A stretch of 64,000 nt of DNA. It comes from a virus. Of this stretch, positions 18,814-26,939 are shown one piece after another (the stretch's first letter is position 1; each line of letters begins with the position of its first letter). The notes under the pieces are model-generated. The model was not told where the DNA came from and did not search any database. It was given only the letters and a program-made list of their open reading frames with translations. Position numbers and translations under genes: made by a program. The stretch covers positions 32,187 through 96,186 of the IMG/VR virus record IMGVR_UViG_3300034759_000344; one strand, given 5' to 3'.

Positions 18814-18915
18814 ATAAGCCAGCACAGGAGACTCCATCTTCTTTAAGATGGATAGGAATGCGCTGATTCCTCCTTTCTAATATTAGTGTTTTTGCTCTTA
18901 TTGTCTTTATTAGAA
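18814..18915 (-). mobile_element. 3' end remnant of a second IscB-type element (followed by ATGA)
   Basis: Frame ...KTIRAKTLILERR; hairpin CCATCTTAAAGAAGATGG; 38 bp (18809-18846) repeated exactly at 19390-19427. Confidence 0.6.
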
Positions 18916-18918
18916 GAT

Positions 18919-19013
18919 CTACGTCCGGACTGGGCGGAAGTAACGCCTGTGGAGTGGAAGTTGTCCCACGATGAAGCAGGAAGCCTTGCATTTAAATGCG
19001 AGGAGGAAGTCAC
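18919..19013 (+). ncRNA. Orphan TnpB-type omegaRNA/IS605 right end
   Basis: CTACGTCCGGACTGGGCGGAAGTAACGCCTGTGGAG...GATGAAGCAGGAAGCC...GAGGAAGTCAC. Confidence 0.8.
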
Positions 19014-19375
19014 TTAATGAGCTTAGAGAGGATAACCGCTACTAAAATGGGGGAAAGGATGGAAGATAGGACGGCAACTACCTTATCAGCCGTCCAGCGG
19101 TTAAGATTTCTTCTTTCTCTAAGTTCATCTTGTAGAAATGTAATGTCCTTGTCTTGTATGCTGTTTTTGTTGCTTAAATTTATGACATTGTCATTTATCT
19201 TTTCGAGCTTGTCGTATATTTGCTTTAGATTTTGTTCTAAAATAGCCGAGTAGTTAGAAGCCTCTTTACACAACCTACTCACTTCCTTTTCAAGTGAAGC
19301 TACTCTGGTTTCTATAGAAAGCCTGGTTTCAATATAAGGACATACCTTACTGTCGTTACGTTCTTGATAGGTCAA
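19010..19375 (-). CDS. Coiled-coil protein with C-terminal TM (XhlA/holin-like)
   Basis: RVASLE coiled coil then a hydrophobic C-terminus; AAGGAGG SD. Confidence 0.6.
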   Translation of the reverse strand: MTYQERNDSKVCPYIETRLSIETRVASLEKEVSRLCKEASNYSAILEQNLKQIYDKLEKINDNVINLSNKNSIQDKDITFLQDELRERRNLNRWTADKVVAVLSSILSPILVAVILSKLIK

Positions 19376-19389
19376 GAGAGACCCTCCTT

Positions 19390-19427
19390 TTCATATAAGC
19401 CAGCACAGGAGACTCCATCTTCTTTAA
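19390..19427 (-). repeat. 38-bp exact copy of 18809-18846 (partial IscB-element end)
   Basis: TTCATATAAGCCAGCACAGGAGACTCCATCTTCTTTAA in both places. Confidence 0.85.
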
Positions 19428-19771
19428 AGATTTCTGTTTATAAGTCTGTAGTTTAGACTTTGAGTGTCAAAGTAGTTTTTGCACATATTTAAAAAGAGGT
19501 CAGTACTGATAGGGGAGCAGGAAAAAAGGTCTATAAATAATCGGTTTTTGTATTGACTCAATATTAGATGTGATTCAGCTATGATAGCAAATACTGTGAA
19601 GTGGTTTTTGTATTCTATAACATCTGGACCGAACACTACCGTTAACGGTAAGTCTTTTATGCATTTACAGACAAATTCCATCGCTTGACCTTTGGCTGCT
19701 GGTTCTTTGGTTAGCATATCTACCATGATTTGGGTTCCTACCAATACCGACCCCTCCTTTCTTATAATCAA
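19424..19771 (-). CDS. Pyruvoyl-dependent S-adenosylmethionine decarboxylase-like proenzyme (SpeD/SpeH fold)
   Basis: IIAESH self-cleavage motif and IDLFSC motif; probable TTG start ~19744 after AAGGAGG. Confidence 0.75.
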   Translation of the reverse strand: MIIRKEGSVLVGTQIMVDMLTKEPAAKGQAMEFVCKCIKDLPLTVVFGPDVIEYKNHFTVFAIIAESHLILSQYKNRLFIDLFSCSPISTDLFLNMCKNYFDTQSLNYRLINRNL

Positions 19772-20496
19772 TACTTGAAGTAGTTAACTCCCCATATTAA
19801 GTAGTTGTTTACAGGGCATACCCCTTCGGAGCAAGAAGAGCTTTCCTTTTTATTCTTGCTATTCTTGTTCTTCTTTAAGCAATACGCATCAGTGTAGTAG
19901 AGTACGTGTCCTCTTTCTACTAGATAGTTGATACGGTCCCATACTGGAACTTCAAGGGTAACTTTCATATCTGGATAGTACTTGCGCATGAACTCGTCAA
20001 AGCTATTGTGGCTTCCGAAGTAATACCATAAGTTCCATACGTAGACCTTACCATCTGGCCCGTAAGCGTAAGACAGAGCATGTCCTGGAGTTCCAATATC
20101 TTTCTTTGGATATATGTGCACATAGTAAGCTTCATACCCAAGTGCTTCTTTAGCAAGGTATGCAGTCATTAATGCCCAATCATCACAGTCTCCTTCCCAT
20201 TCTGGTTTTACTATAATACTCCCTTTATTTTTTGCATCTGGTATGCACTTCATTGGTAATTCTGCTGGTGTGAAATAATATCCATTGTATCCAGTTAGAA
20301 TTTTGTCCGAATTATATTCTGCATTTACACTTCTTAAATAGGTCTCGATCAGTTTAGGGGTAGTAATCCAATCGGGAAAGTCAAATAACTTTTGTGGTTC
20401 TGGGTCTATTGGTGTTGGTGCTATAAGGCACCCAGCTACGTTGAACAGCAAAGCAAAGATGACGATAATAGCTATCTTGCGCATTTGGACAATCAC
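19768..20496 (-). CDS. Lipoprotein with transglutaminase-like (Cys-His) domain
   Basis: Signal peptide with VAGC lipobox; GDCDDWA and GHA motifs. Confidence 0.7.
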   Translation of the reverse strand: MIVQMRKIAIIVIFALLFNVAGCLIAPTPIDPEPQKLFDFPDWITTPKLIETYLRSVNAEYNSDKILTGYNGYYFTPAELPMKCIPDAKNKGSIIVKPEWEGDCDDWALMTAYLAKEALGYEAYYVHIYPKKDIGTPGHALSYAYGPDGKVYVWNLWYYFGSHNSFDEFMRKYYPDMKVTLEVPVWDRINYLVERGHVLYYTDAYCLKKNKNSKNKKESSSCSEGVCPVNNYLIWGVNYFKY

Positions 20497-20592
20497 CTAT
20501 TCTAAAGTAGTTTTATAGACAGATATAAGGAAGTTAAGATTGGTTATAAGTAGTAAGGTTCTGAGCTTCTTCGGTGGTCAGCCAGGGACGCT

Positions 20593-20739
20593 TCACGAAC
20601 GCAAAGCTTGTAGTATTTCCCGTTTTTCTTCTTCAGTTAAGGATGGGTATTCAGCAAGAATTTCCTCTGCCGTTCTATTCTCGGCTTGCATTCGGTAGCG
20701 AACTACACGAACGAAAAGGGTTTTCTTCCAAGTAGGCAT
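20593..20739 (-). CDS. 48-aa protein of the type that follows fibre genes (XkdX-like by position)
   Basis: MPTWKKTLFVRVVRYRM...LTEEEKREIL; GAGGTG SD. Confidence 0.55.
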   Translation of the reverse strand: MPTWKKTLFVRVVRYRMQAENRTAEEILAEYPSLTEEEKREILQALRS

Positions 20740-20744
20740 TTATG

Positions 20745-21017
20745 TCACCTCACAGATAAGTTTCCGATAAGATAAGCAATAGCTGCTTCAATATCCTTAA
20801 TTCTTTCATCGGTTGGGGGCTCTGGAGGCTCGGGTGTTGGGTCGTGGTTAGCTATAACTCGCTGTGCAAGTTCCACCTCGTTTGAATCAACTTCTATCTC
20901 AAATCTACCATCAGGGTATGAAGTAACTCGTGGATTTTTTATACCAGCTTCAATCAGTTCTTTGTGAATTTTTATGTGGTTAAGGTTTTGGGCATTGATG
21001 ACTGCTCGGATAGACAT
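20745..21017 (-). CDS. Tail fibre assembly/chaperone-like protein
   Basis: HDPTPEPPEPPTDERIKDIEAAI motif typical of XkdW-like proteins. Confidence 0.6.
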   Translation of the reverse strand: MSIRAVINAQNLNHIKIHKELIEAGIKNPRVTSYPDGRFEIEVDSNEVELAQRVIANHDPTPEPPEPPTDERIKDIEAAIAYLIGNLSVR

Positions 21018-21056
21018 AAAAATACCTCCTCAATATTCCTTTACTATAATACTCTC

Positions 21057-22538
21057 TTAAACCTTATTAAAGTATGGAGAACCGAGTTCTGCCTTGTAAG
21101 TATAGCCAGCACCAGAAATGGATACTTTTAATATTGTGGTAGCGTTGTGAGGTATCCCATAAATACACCCATTGGTAGCAAGAATGCCACCGTCCCACTT
21201 GTACAAATCGGTCAAACTTCCAAAGGTGGTTATTGAGTCATCAGATGGATTTATCTTAAGAACTGTGGTAGCGTTGCTAGGTATCCCATAAATACACCCA
21301 TTGGTAGCAAGAATGCCACCTTCCCACTTGTACGAACCGGTCAAACTTCCAAAGGTGGTTATTGAGTCATCAGATGGATTTATCTTAAGAACTGTGGTAG
21401 CGTTGAAAGGTATCCCGTAAATACATCCGTTGGTAGCAAGAATGCCACCTTCCCACTTGATTGAGTCACTACTCAAACTTCCAAAGGTGGTTATTGAGTC
21501 ATCAGATGGATTTATCTTAAGAACTGTGGTAGCGTTGTGAGGTATCCCGTAAATACATCCATTGGTAGCAAGAACGCCACCAAACCACTTGTACGAACCG
21601 GTCAAACTTCCAAAGGTGGTTATTGAGTCATCAGATGGATTTATCTTAAGAACTGTGGTAGCGTAGTGAGGTATCCCATAAATACATCCATTGGTAGCAA
21701 GAACGCCACCAAACCACTTGTACGAACCGGTCAAACTTCCAAAGGTGGTTATTGAGTCATCAGATGGATTTATCTTAAGAACTGTGGTAGCGTTGTAAGG
21801 TATCCCGTAAATACATCCATTGGTAGCAAGAATGCCACCAGCCCACTTGATTGAGTCACTACTCAAACTTCCAAAGGTGGTTATTGAGTCATCAGATGGA
21901 TTTATCTTAAGAACTGTGGTAGCGTCGTGAGGTATCCCGTAAATACATCCATTGGTAGCAAGAACGCCACCAAACCACTTGTACGAACCGGTCAAACTTC
22001 CAAAGGTGGTTATTGAGTCGGTTGTGCTAACAGTAGTTACGTGCTCAAGTCCATAAAGAGCTGGTTTCCACGTCCAGAAATAGCTTAACAGGTAACCGTT
22101 TTGCGACAACACTTGCCGACCTACTGTGGAGTCGTGGATAACGGAAATGGCAGTATCGCTTTCTCGAATAATGCCCATTGCGTTGCTACTTTCGGCGATA
22201 ATGCCCATTGCGTTGCTACTTTCGGCGATAATGCCCATTGCGTTGCTACTCTCGGCGATAATGCCCATTGCGTTGCTACTCTCGGCGATAATGCCCATTG
22301 CGTTGCTACTCTCGGCGATAATGCCCATTGCGTTGCTACTCTCGGCGATAACACTCATAGTTTGCAGCGTTTTATAAGGTTCAAAGCCTATGCCAATGAC
22401 ACCACGAAAATACCGCCCAGTAGTCTTGTAGGCATCTGTAAGGGCAAGAATGTCGCTCAGGTTGCCATATAGGCCTTCAACAAACGTATTTAATTTATAC
22501 GTTCCACCGCCACGCCTAACAAGTGTCCCTTCGCCCAT
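21057..22538 (-). CDS. Putative receptor-binding protein: 10-aa repeat stalk plus 7-repeat beta-propeller
   Basis: (AESSNAMGII)x6, then seven 43/44-aa repeats KW.GG.LATNGCIYGIP..ATTVLKINP. Confidence 0.75.
   Translation of the reverse strand: MGEGTLVRRGGGTYKLNTFVEGLYGNLSDILALTDAYKTTGRYFRGVIGIGFEPYKTLQTMSVIAESSNAMGIIAESSNAMGIIAESSNAMGIIAESSNAMGIIAESSNAMGIIAESSNAMGIIRESDTAISVIHDSTVGRQVLSQNGYLLSYFWTWKPALYGLEHVTTVSTTDSITTFGSLTGSYKWFGGVLATNGCIYGIPHDATTVLKINPSDDSITTFGSLSSDSIKWAGGILATNGCIYGIPYNATTVLKINPSDDSITTFGSLTGSYKWFGGVLATNGCIYGIPHYATTVLKINPSDDSITTFGSLTGSYKWFGGVLATNGCIYGIPHNATTVLKINPSDDSITTFGSLSSDSIKWEGGILATNGCIYGIPFNATTVLKINPSDDSITTFGSLTGSYKWEGGILATNGCIYGIPSNATTVLKINPSDDSITTFGSLTDLYKWDGGILATNGCIYGIPHNATTILKVSISGAGYTYKAELGSPYFNKV
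21135..22018 (-). repeat. Seven near-identical 129/132-bp coding repeats
   Basis: Direct repeats visible in the DNA. Confidence 0.9.
22171..22350 (-). repeat. Six tandem 30-bp coding repeats
   Basis: ATGCCCATTGCGTTGCTACT(C/T)TCGGCGATA x6, no spacers. Confidence 0.95.
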
Positions 22539-23120
22539 TTACTTCACCACCTTGGCCGTGAATGGCAAGTCTACGGTTGGCTTCTCTATAGCATAAAAGG
22601 TTATGCTATTTGTTCCAGTTACTGCCCTGTAAATGTAGCCCCATTCCTCATTTCTTATGCTGTCTGTTGCGTAGTTTCCACTCATCACGACATCGATAAT
22701 TGGCTCATCATCAGCAGTAATTCCAGTAATTGAAACTGTTTGAGAATAAGGAGCAGCCGTTCCAGACCACCCAACAGCAGATAATGTTCCAGAGTAAGTG
22801 GCTACGGTGGCAAAGTCGGAAGCACTATACCCACTATCCTGTAAATTCCCCGTAGCGTCCAAAGAAGCAAGGTTGCCAGCAGTAGTGCCAGGAACCTTGT
22901 CGGCTTTATCATTATGGGTATGTGATGCTGGTGCTGCTCCTACCTGTTCATAGGTAACCTGGTGAGGGTTATCAGTACGCAGCTCATGTGAGTTTATTTG
23001 CACCTGCAAACTGTGCAAAGTGCTGTCTATAATAGTAAAGTTGTTGTTTAATTTGTCGTCCCAGTAAGTTTCACCCTCAGAAGGAAGATATAAGTTGTAG
23101 TTAGGAGTGTAAGTAGCCAC
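22539..23120 (-). CDS. Tail fibre/adaptor protein
   Basis: YTPNYNL...NNNFTIID, NPHQVT..QVGAAP.SHTH; N-terminus paralogous to 27185-28282. Confidence 0.75.
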   Translation of the reverse strand: MATYTPNYNLYLPSEGETYWDDKLNNNFTIIDSTLHSLQVQINSHELRTDNPHQVTYEQVGAAPASHTHNDKADKVPGTTAGNLASLDATGNLQDSGYSASDFATVATYSGTLSAVGWSGTAAPYSQTVSITGITADDEPIIDVVMSGNYATDSIRNEEWGYIYRAVTGTNSITFYAIEKPTVDLPFTAKVVK

Positions 23121-23134
23121 CGACTATCCCCTCT

Positions 23135-23644
23135 TTAACTACAAGCTTGCTGGTACACTTCTTCAAAAGCTGAGTCCAGGAACTCCTCAGCATTTTGGGG
23201 AACTAAAACTCGTAGTGAAGTACCGCTGCTAGTATTTTTCAAAGACTCTATGGCTCGCAGTACGTTTATGCTTAACTGGGTAAGCAAACCCATAGTTGTG
23301 GTTAGTGTACTCTCGTTACTGATAATTGCTTGAGCAATTAGACGGGACATTACCAACTCGTTGAACAAGTTAGGTTCATCACTTTCTATTCCGCTTGCAT
23401 CAACCAATTCTCCAAATTCTTCAGATTCCAGATAATCGTGGATTTCTTTAATGTGTTTATTGAAGCCTTCATTGAGGTGGTAGATACAGAATATATTTTT
23501 GAACAAGTAGTTGAGCTGGGCTAACTCGTCTCTGTTTAGCTGAAAAGCATTAGCTTTCTCAATTAAAGAATCTATGTGCCTATCATCGCAGTTTCCCATT
23601 AACCAATAGTAGGGTTTAAGCTCTTTACTGCTAATAGTCAACAC
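23135..23644 (-). CDS. Hypothetical helical protein in the radical SAM cluster
   Basis: 169 aa, starts 4 nt after the rSAM stop. Confidence 0.55.
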   Translation of the reverse strand: MLTISSKELKPYYWLMGNCDDRHIDSLIEKANAFQLNRDELAQLNYLFKNIFCIYHLNEGFNKHIKEIHDYLESEEFGELVDASGIESDEPNLFNELVMSRLIAQAIISNESTLTTTMGLLTQLSINVLRAIESLKNTSSGTSLRVLVPQNAEEFLDSAFEEVYQQACS

Positions 23645-23647
23645 CAG

Positions 23648-24778
23648 TTACACCTCACATTTATTCCAAGGTAACTTTATACGCACTTCGTTTTGGTATC
23701 TCAAAAGCATTTTGCACACATCAGGTATGGGAATGGCTAAATCGCCCCAAAACTCAAGCTGTGCTCCCAAGCATCCTCCAGCACAGTACTCTTGGTTGAT
23801 AGGGAATTTGCACTTATGACATATCAGATTGTTATTGCGGTGGAAGTAATAAAAGAACAGAAACTTATTGCAGTCCATGTTTTCTAAATCATGAATGCTT
23901 CCAATCTTTAAATCAGGGTATATTAAGCGGTGACAAGGATAAATACTTCCATCCCAAGCTACGGTAAGCTGGGTTTGAAAACTGCAGGTCAGCCCTCTTT
24001 TTACCATCCCTGGTGTGCGGAATAGGTTAAACTGAGTTTCTCCCAGATTGATGTTTTCTTTTTGTATATAATTAATACACTTCCAGCTTTCCTCTATAAG
24101 GGTGTTTATGCGGTCGTCGTGCCAGGTTCCTCCGTTCCTCACCTGGAGCAGGAATAAATCATCTCCTACTGGATGGTCCTTGCCTCGAACCAAGCGCACG
24201 TTATCTACAAAAAACTTGAAAGTGTCAAACAAAGTATGCACAGTGGGAGCGTAGACCATAGGATGAAATCCACACAAATATCCTTCTCCATAAAGCTTAA
24301 AGAGGTTGTCGTAGTCAAGTTTTAAGTGTTTATACTCAGGGAGGCTGGGCCTCTGTTTTTCTTCCACATAAGGACCGTCAACTGAGAAGCTGAGGTTGAG
24401 CTTTCCGTACTTTTTATACAACCGCTTTATCTCTTCGGGATAGGTGGAGGCAACCCACCCGTTGTTGGGTATATTGACTAAAAATATCTGTGGGTCTTTA
24501 GCTGCTTTCTGAAGTACGTACTCAACCAAGTCTAACTGTAGAAGAGGTTCTCCACCGAACAAATCGATTTTAAACGGACGGTTTCGATACTGCTTTATCT
24601 TGGCTACAGCGGTATCTATAGTTTCTATGCTCATTTTTGGAGACTTATTACCTTGATTGTGTCGGGGCATGTAGCAGTAGCGGCAGCGTAAGTTGCACTC
24701 TGGTGACAGTATTAACTCTAAAGTCTGGAACAGTTGGTGATTTAGTAGTCTTTTAACATGCAGGAATAGTTCGTTCAA
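23648..24778 (-). CDS. Radical SAM/SPASM-domain maturase 2
   Basis: CNLRCRYC, FGGEPL, SVDG; SPASM C...DGSIYPCH...CHKC...CAGGC...C. Confidence 0.92.
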   Translation of the reverse strand: MNELFLHVKRLLNHQLFQTLELILSPECNLRCRYCYMPRHNQGNKSPKMSIETIDTAVAKIKQYRNRPFKIDLFGGEPLLQLDLVEYVLQKAAKDPQIFLVNIPNNGWVASTYPEEIKRLYKKYGKLNLSFSVDGPYVEEKQRPSLPEYKHLKLDYDNLFKLYGEGYLCGFHPMVYAPTVHTLFDTFKFFVDNVRLVRGKDHPVGDDLFLLQVRNGGTWHDDRINTLIEESWKCINYIQKENINLGETQFNLFRTPGMVKRGLTCSFQTQLTVAWDGSIYPCHRLIYPDLKIGSIHDLENMDCNKFLFFYYFHRNNNLICHKCKFPINQEYCAGGCLGAQLEFWGDLAIPIPDVCKMLLRYQNEVRIKLPWNKCEV

Positions 24779-25898
24779 AATTGCTCTGCCCCCATTCTTT
24801 GTAGTGTTTGTAGAACACTTTTACTATTTTGCAGAAATGAAAGTTTGGTGAGTAGTGAAGTCGGTTTAGATTGTGCATGTCCATAGGACATTGCCAGCAC
24901 AAAAAGGGAAATTCTTGGTACACTTCACATTCTTGCTGTTTACAGAAAGCAGCTCTAATTAGGTCGTAGTTATATTTGAAATACACATTGCGGTAAACGG
25001 CTTTGGGATCCAGGTACTCTGCATAAACGTTCCCTAATTTGAAGTAGTCCTGCTTGGTGTTGTCTGTAGACGGTCCGTGGCAGTGGTAAATGCTTCCATC
25101 TAAATCAACACATACTTGAGAATGACATGCTGAACAAACGTTGTTGGGCCTGTTGAAGTACACAAACCATCCCAGTTGTGCCTTTTCATTCTTTTCACAG
25201 TACTCTTTACAGCGGTAAAGGTCTTCATCAAGAGCTTGGGCAGCTTCTTCATCATAAACACTGTCTTTGACTAAGGTAACTGGAGACATAGGATGTTTTA
25301 GCTCTTCCCAAAAGAATTCGCAGGCTTTGTAGAAGTGCCCTTTTTTGACTTGTTCAGGACTTAAAGTGGACTTTATCATCAATTTACTGGTGAAATCTGG
25401 TATTTCTTTGGTCATTATTTCGTAATGTTCCATAACTTTATGGAAAGACCCTTCTCCACCCGCTGTCTTTCTTGCGTAGTCGTGTACTTCTTGAGGTCCA
25501 TCAAGGCTTAGCTGTATGCTTTCAATTTTGTCCCAGTGTTTTTTAACAAACTTGACATAACTTTCGGGAGTGGTAGTGGCATTGGTTGACCAGTTGGTGG
25601 TTACTGGACAGTCAGAGTAATTTTGGAATATGTAAGTAAGTACTTCTTCAATGGTATCCCATTGACATAGTGGTTCGGCACCCCACGGTATGATCTTGCA
25701 CGGAGTGTTGGGTTTAAGTATGTTGGGAAAAACCTTTCTTATCGGCTCTAAAAGCGGAATAACTTCATTGGCTTTAATTTCTATTTGTTTGTAGGTAGCA
25801 TCTCTGATATAGCAGTAAGAGCAGCGGAGATTACATTTTTTGGACATGGGAATTTCTATAACATAAATGCTTTTAAGAAATTTGGACAAGTCTACCAT
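24753..25898 (-). CDS. Radical SAM/SPASM-domain maturase 1
   Basis: CNLRCSYC, WGAEPL, SLDG; C...DGSIYHCH...C....C...CWQCP...C; ATG at 25898 after GGAGG. Confidence 0.9.
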   Translation of the reverse strand: MVDLSKFLKSIYVIEIPMSKKCNLRCSYCYIRDATYKQIEIKANEVIPLLEPIRKVFPNILKPNTPCKIIPWGAEPLCQWDTIEEVLTYIFQNYSDCPVTTNWSTNATTTPESYVKFVKKHWDKIESIQLSLDGPQEVHDYARKTAGGEGSFHKVMEHYEIMTKEIPDFTSKLMIKSTLSPEQVKKGHFYKACEFFWEELKHPMSPVTLVKDSVYDEEAAQALDEDLYRCKEYCEKNEKAQLGWFVYFNRPNNVCSACHSQVCVDLDGSIYHCHGPSTDNTKQDYFKLGNVYAEYLDPKAVYRNVYFKYNYDLIRAAFCKQQECEVYQEFPFLCWQCPMDMHNLNRLHYSPNFHFCKIVKVFYKHYKEWGQSNFERTIPAC

Positions 25899-26193
25899 AA
25901 AATGCCTCCAATACTGCCTCAAATGAAGGTAAGTAGCAAGGACCTTTTGCACTTACCGCATTGTTGGTACTGTTAACTCCATCTACACTACGTTGATGGT
26001 GGGCAGTAGAGTTCAAAGTGGAATAGCTCAAACTGTGCCCATCGTTACTGTATACTGCTTTGTTGTAGCTTGTGTAGTAAGAGCTGTTGTGAGTAGGACA
26101 GGCAGCTTCCAAGCTCTCTATAGCAGTCCTTAATTCAGAAATATGTACTTGTCTCACTTTTGTGGTATTAGTTATACTATCGGTCCAAGACAT
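25873..26193 (-). CDS. Small fibre-like protein / putative rSAM substrate B
   Basis: MSWTD...KVRQVHISELRTAI leader, then CPTH and a Y/S/N/H-rich tail ending GPCY; GGAGG SD. Confidence 0.65.
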   Translation of the reverse strand: MSWTDSITNTTKVRQVHISELRTAIESLEAACPTHNSSYYTSYNKAVYSNDGHSLSYSTLNSTAHHQRSVDGVNSTNNAVSAKGPCYLPSFEAVLEAFYGRLVQIS

Positions 26194-26205
26194 GATTGCC
26201 TCCGT

Positions 26206-26592
26206 TTATACGTAGTGCACGCAGTTGCCACTACCCAAAGCATAGTTGTATTTAGCAGTTCCGTTTTCGCTTGAGTCGTGGCCGCTGTAGTTGGATCCGT
26301 AATCAATACTGTGAGCAGTTCCGTAGTTAGAACAGTAACCGTCGTAGCTTGAGTTATAGGAGCGTACGGTAGTATGGTGAGTACCACAGCCAACAGTTAG
26401 CGGGGTTCCATCAACAGCAGAACGCAGGTCATTTATATGAGAAGCAAGAATTTTACTTTGCTCAGCAGTAATATTTATGGAAAGCTGGGAATACCCACGC
26501 TCACTACGCTCTGTGTTGAGCCTGGATACTATTTCGTCAATATGTATCTTTCTGATTTTAATATTGGTTAAATTAGTATCTGTCCAAGCCAT
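26206..26592 (-). CDS. Small fibre-like protein / putative rSAM substrate A
   Basis: MAWTD...KIRKIHIDEI...KILASHINDLRSAV leader, then CGTH and a Y/S/N/G/H-rich tail ending NCVHYV. Confidence 0.65.
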   Translation of the reverse strand: MAWTDTNLTNIKIRKIHIDEIVSRLNTERSERGYSQLSINITAEQSKILASHINDLRSAVDGTPLTVGCGTHHTTVRSYNSSYDGYCSNYGTAHSIDYGSNYSGHDSSENGTAKYNYALGSGNCVHYV

Positions 26593-26595
26593 GGG

Positions 26596-26937
26596 TTAGT
26601 GGATTTGCCTAATGACAATATCCAAATCACAAACTGGAATACCGAAGGTGAGGTTTATTTGGTCCAATAAGTAACCAGGTTCTGTGTTTCCTATAGTGTA
26701 AAAGCACTTGGTGTTGTAGTAGAGGTTCATCTCAATAGGCTTTTTAGCCACTTCGTTCAGCTGACTGGCAATGCGTACAGCATCTTCAGGAGACACGTTA
26801 ATGCGTATGTGCATTACATTTATTAAAGATCCGTCGCTGGCAATTTCTTTGTTCTGCATCATGGAAAGAAACCCTACTTCCTCAGCCAAAACTGTCTCAG
26901 TATTTTCTCTATCTATGATTTCTATGGAATAGCCCAT
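26596..26937 (-). CDS. Hypothetical protein
   Basis: 113 aa, GGAGGT SD. Confidence 0.55.
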   Translation of the reverse strand: MGYSIEIIDRENTETVLAEEVGFLSMMQNKEIASDGSLINVMHIRINVSPEDAVRIASQLNEVAKKPIEMNLYYNTKCFYTIGNTEPGYLLDQINLTFGIPVCDLDIVIRQIH

Positions 26938-26939
26938 AG

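Noticed and set aside
18743-18991. 82-aa ORF from the track
   Set aside because: Chimera of omegaRNA antisense, IscB end and out-of-frame tnpB remnant
18791-19879. Four TTAAAGAAGA sites as a deliberate array
   Set aside because: Two are the loop of the duplicated IscB end and two are the paralogous gene copies; cleavage-driven rearrangement cannot be shown
20535-20592. RPWLTTEEAQNLTTYNQS* as the remnant of a replaced XkdX-like gene
   Set aside because: Too short to support
22171-22350. 30-bp repeats as a CRISPR array
   Set aside because: No spacers; in-frame coding tandem repeat; no cas genes
21057-22538. Complete DGR
   Set aside because: No reverse transcriptase or template repeat in the window; kept only as a hypothesis
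23648-25898. rSAM genes as NrdG, QueE or anaerobic sulfatase maturase
   Set aside because: Too long and SPASM-bearing for NrdG/QueE; no nrdD, que or sulfatase genes in the window
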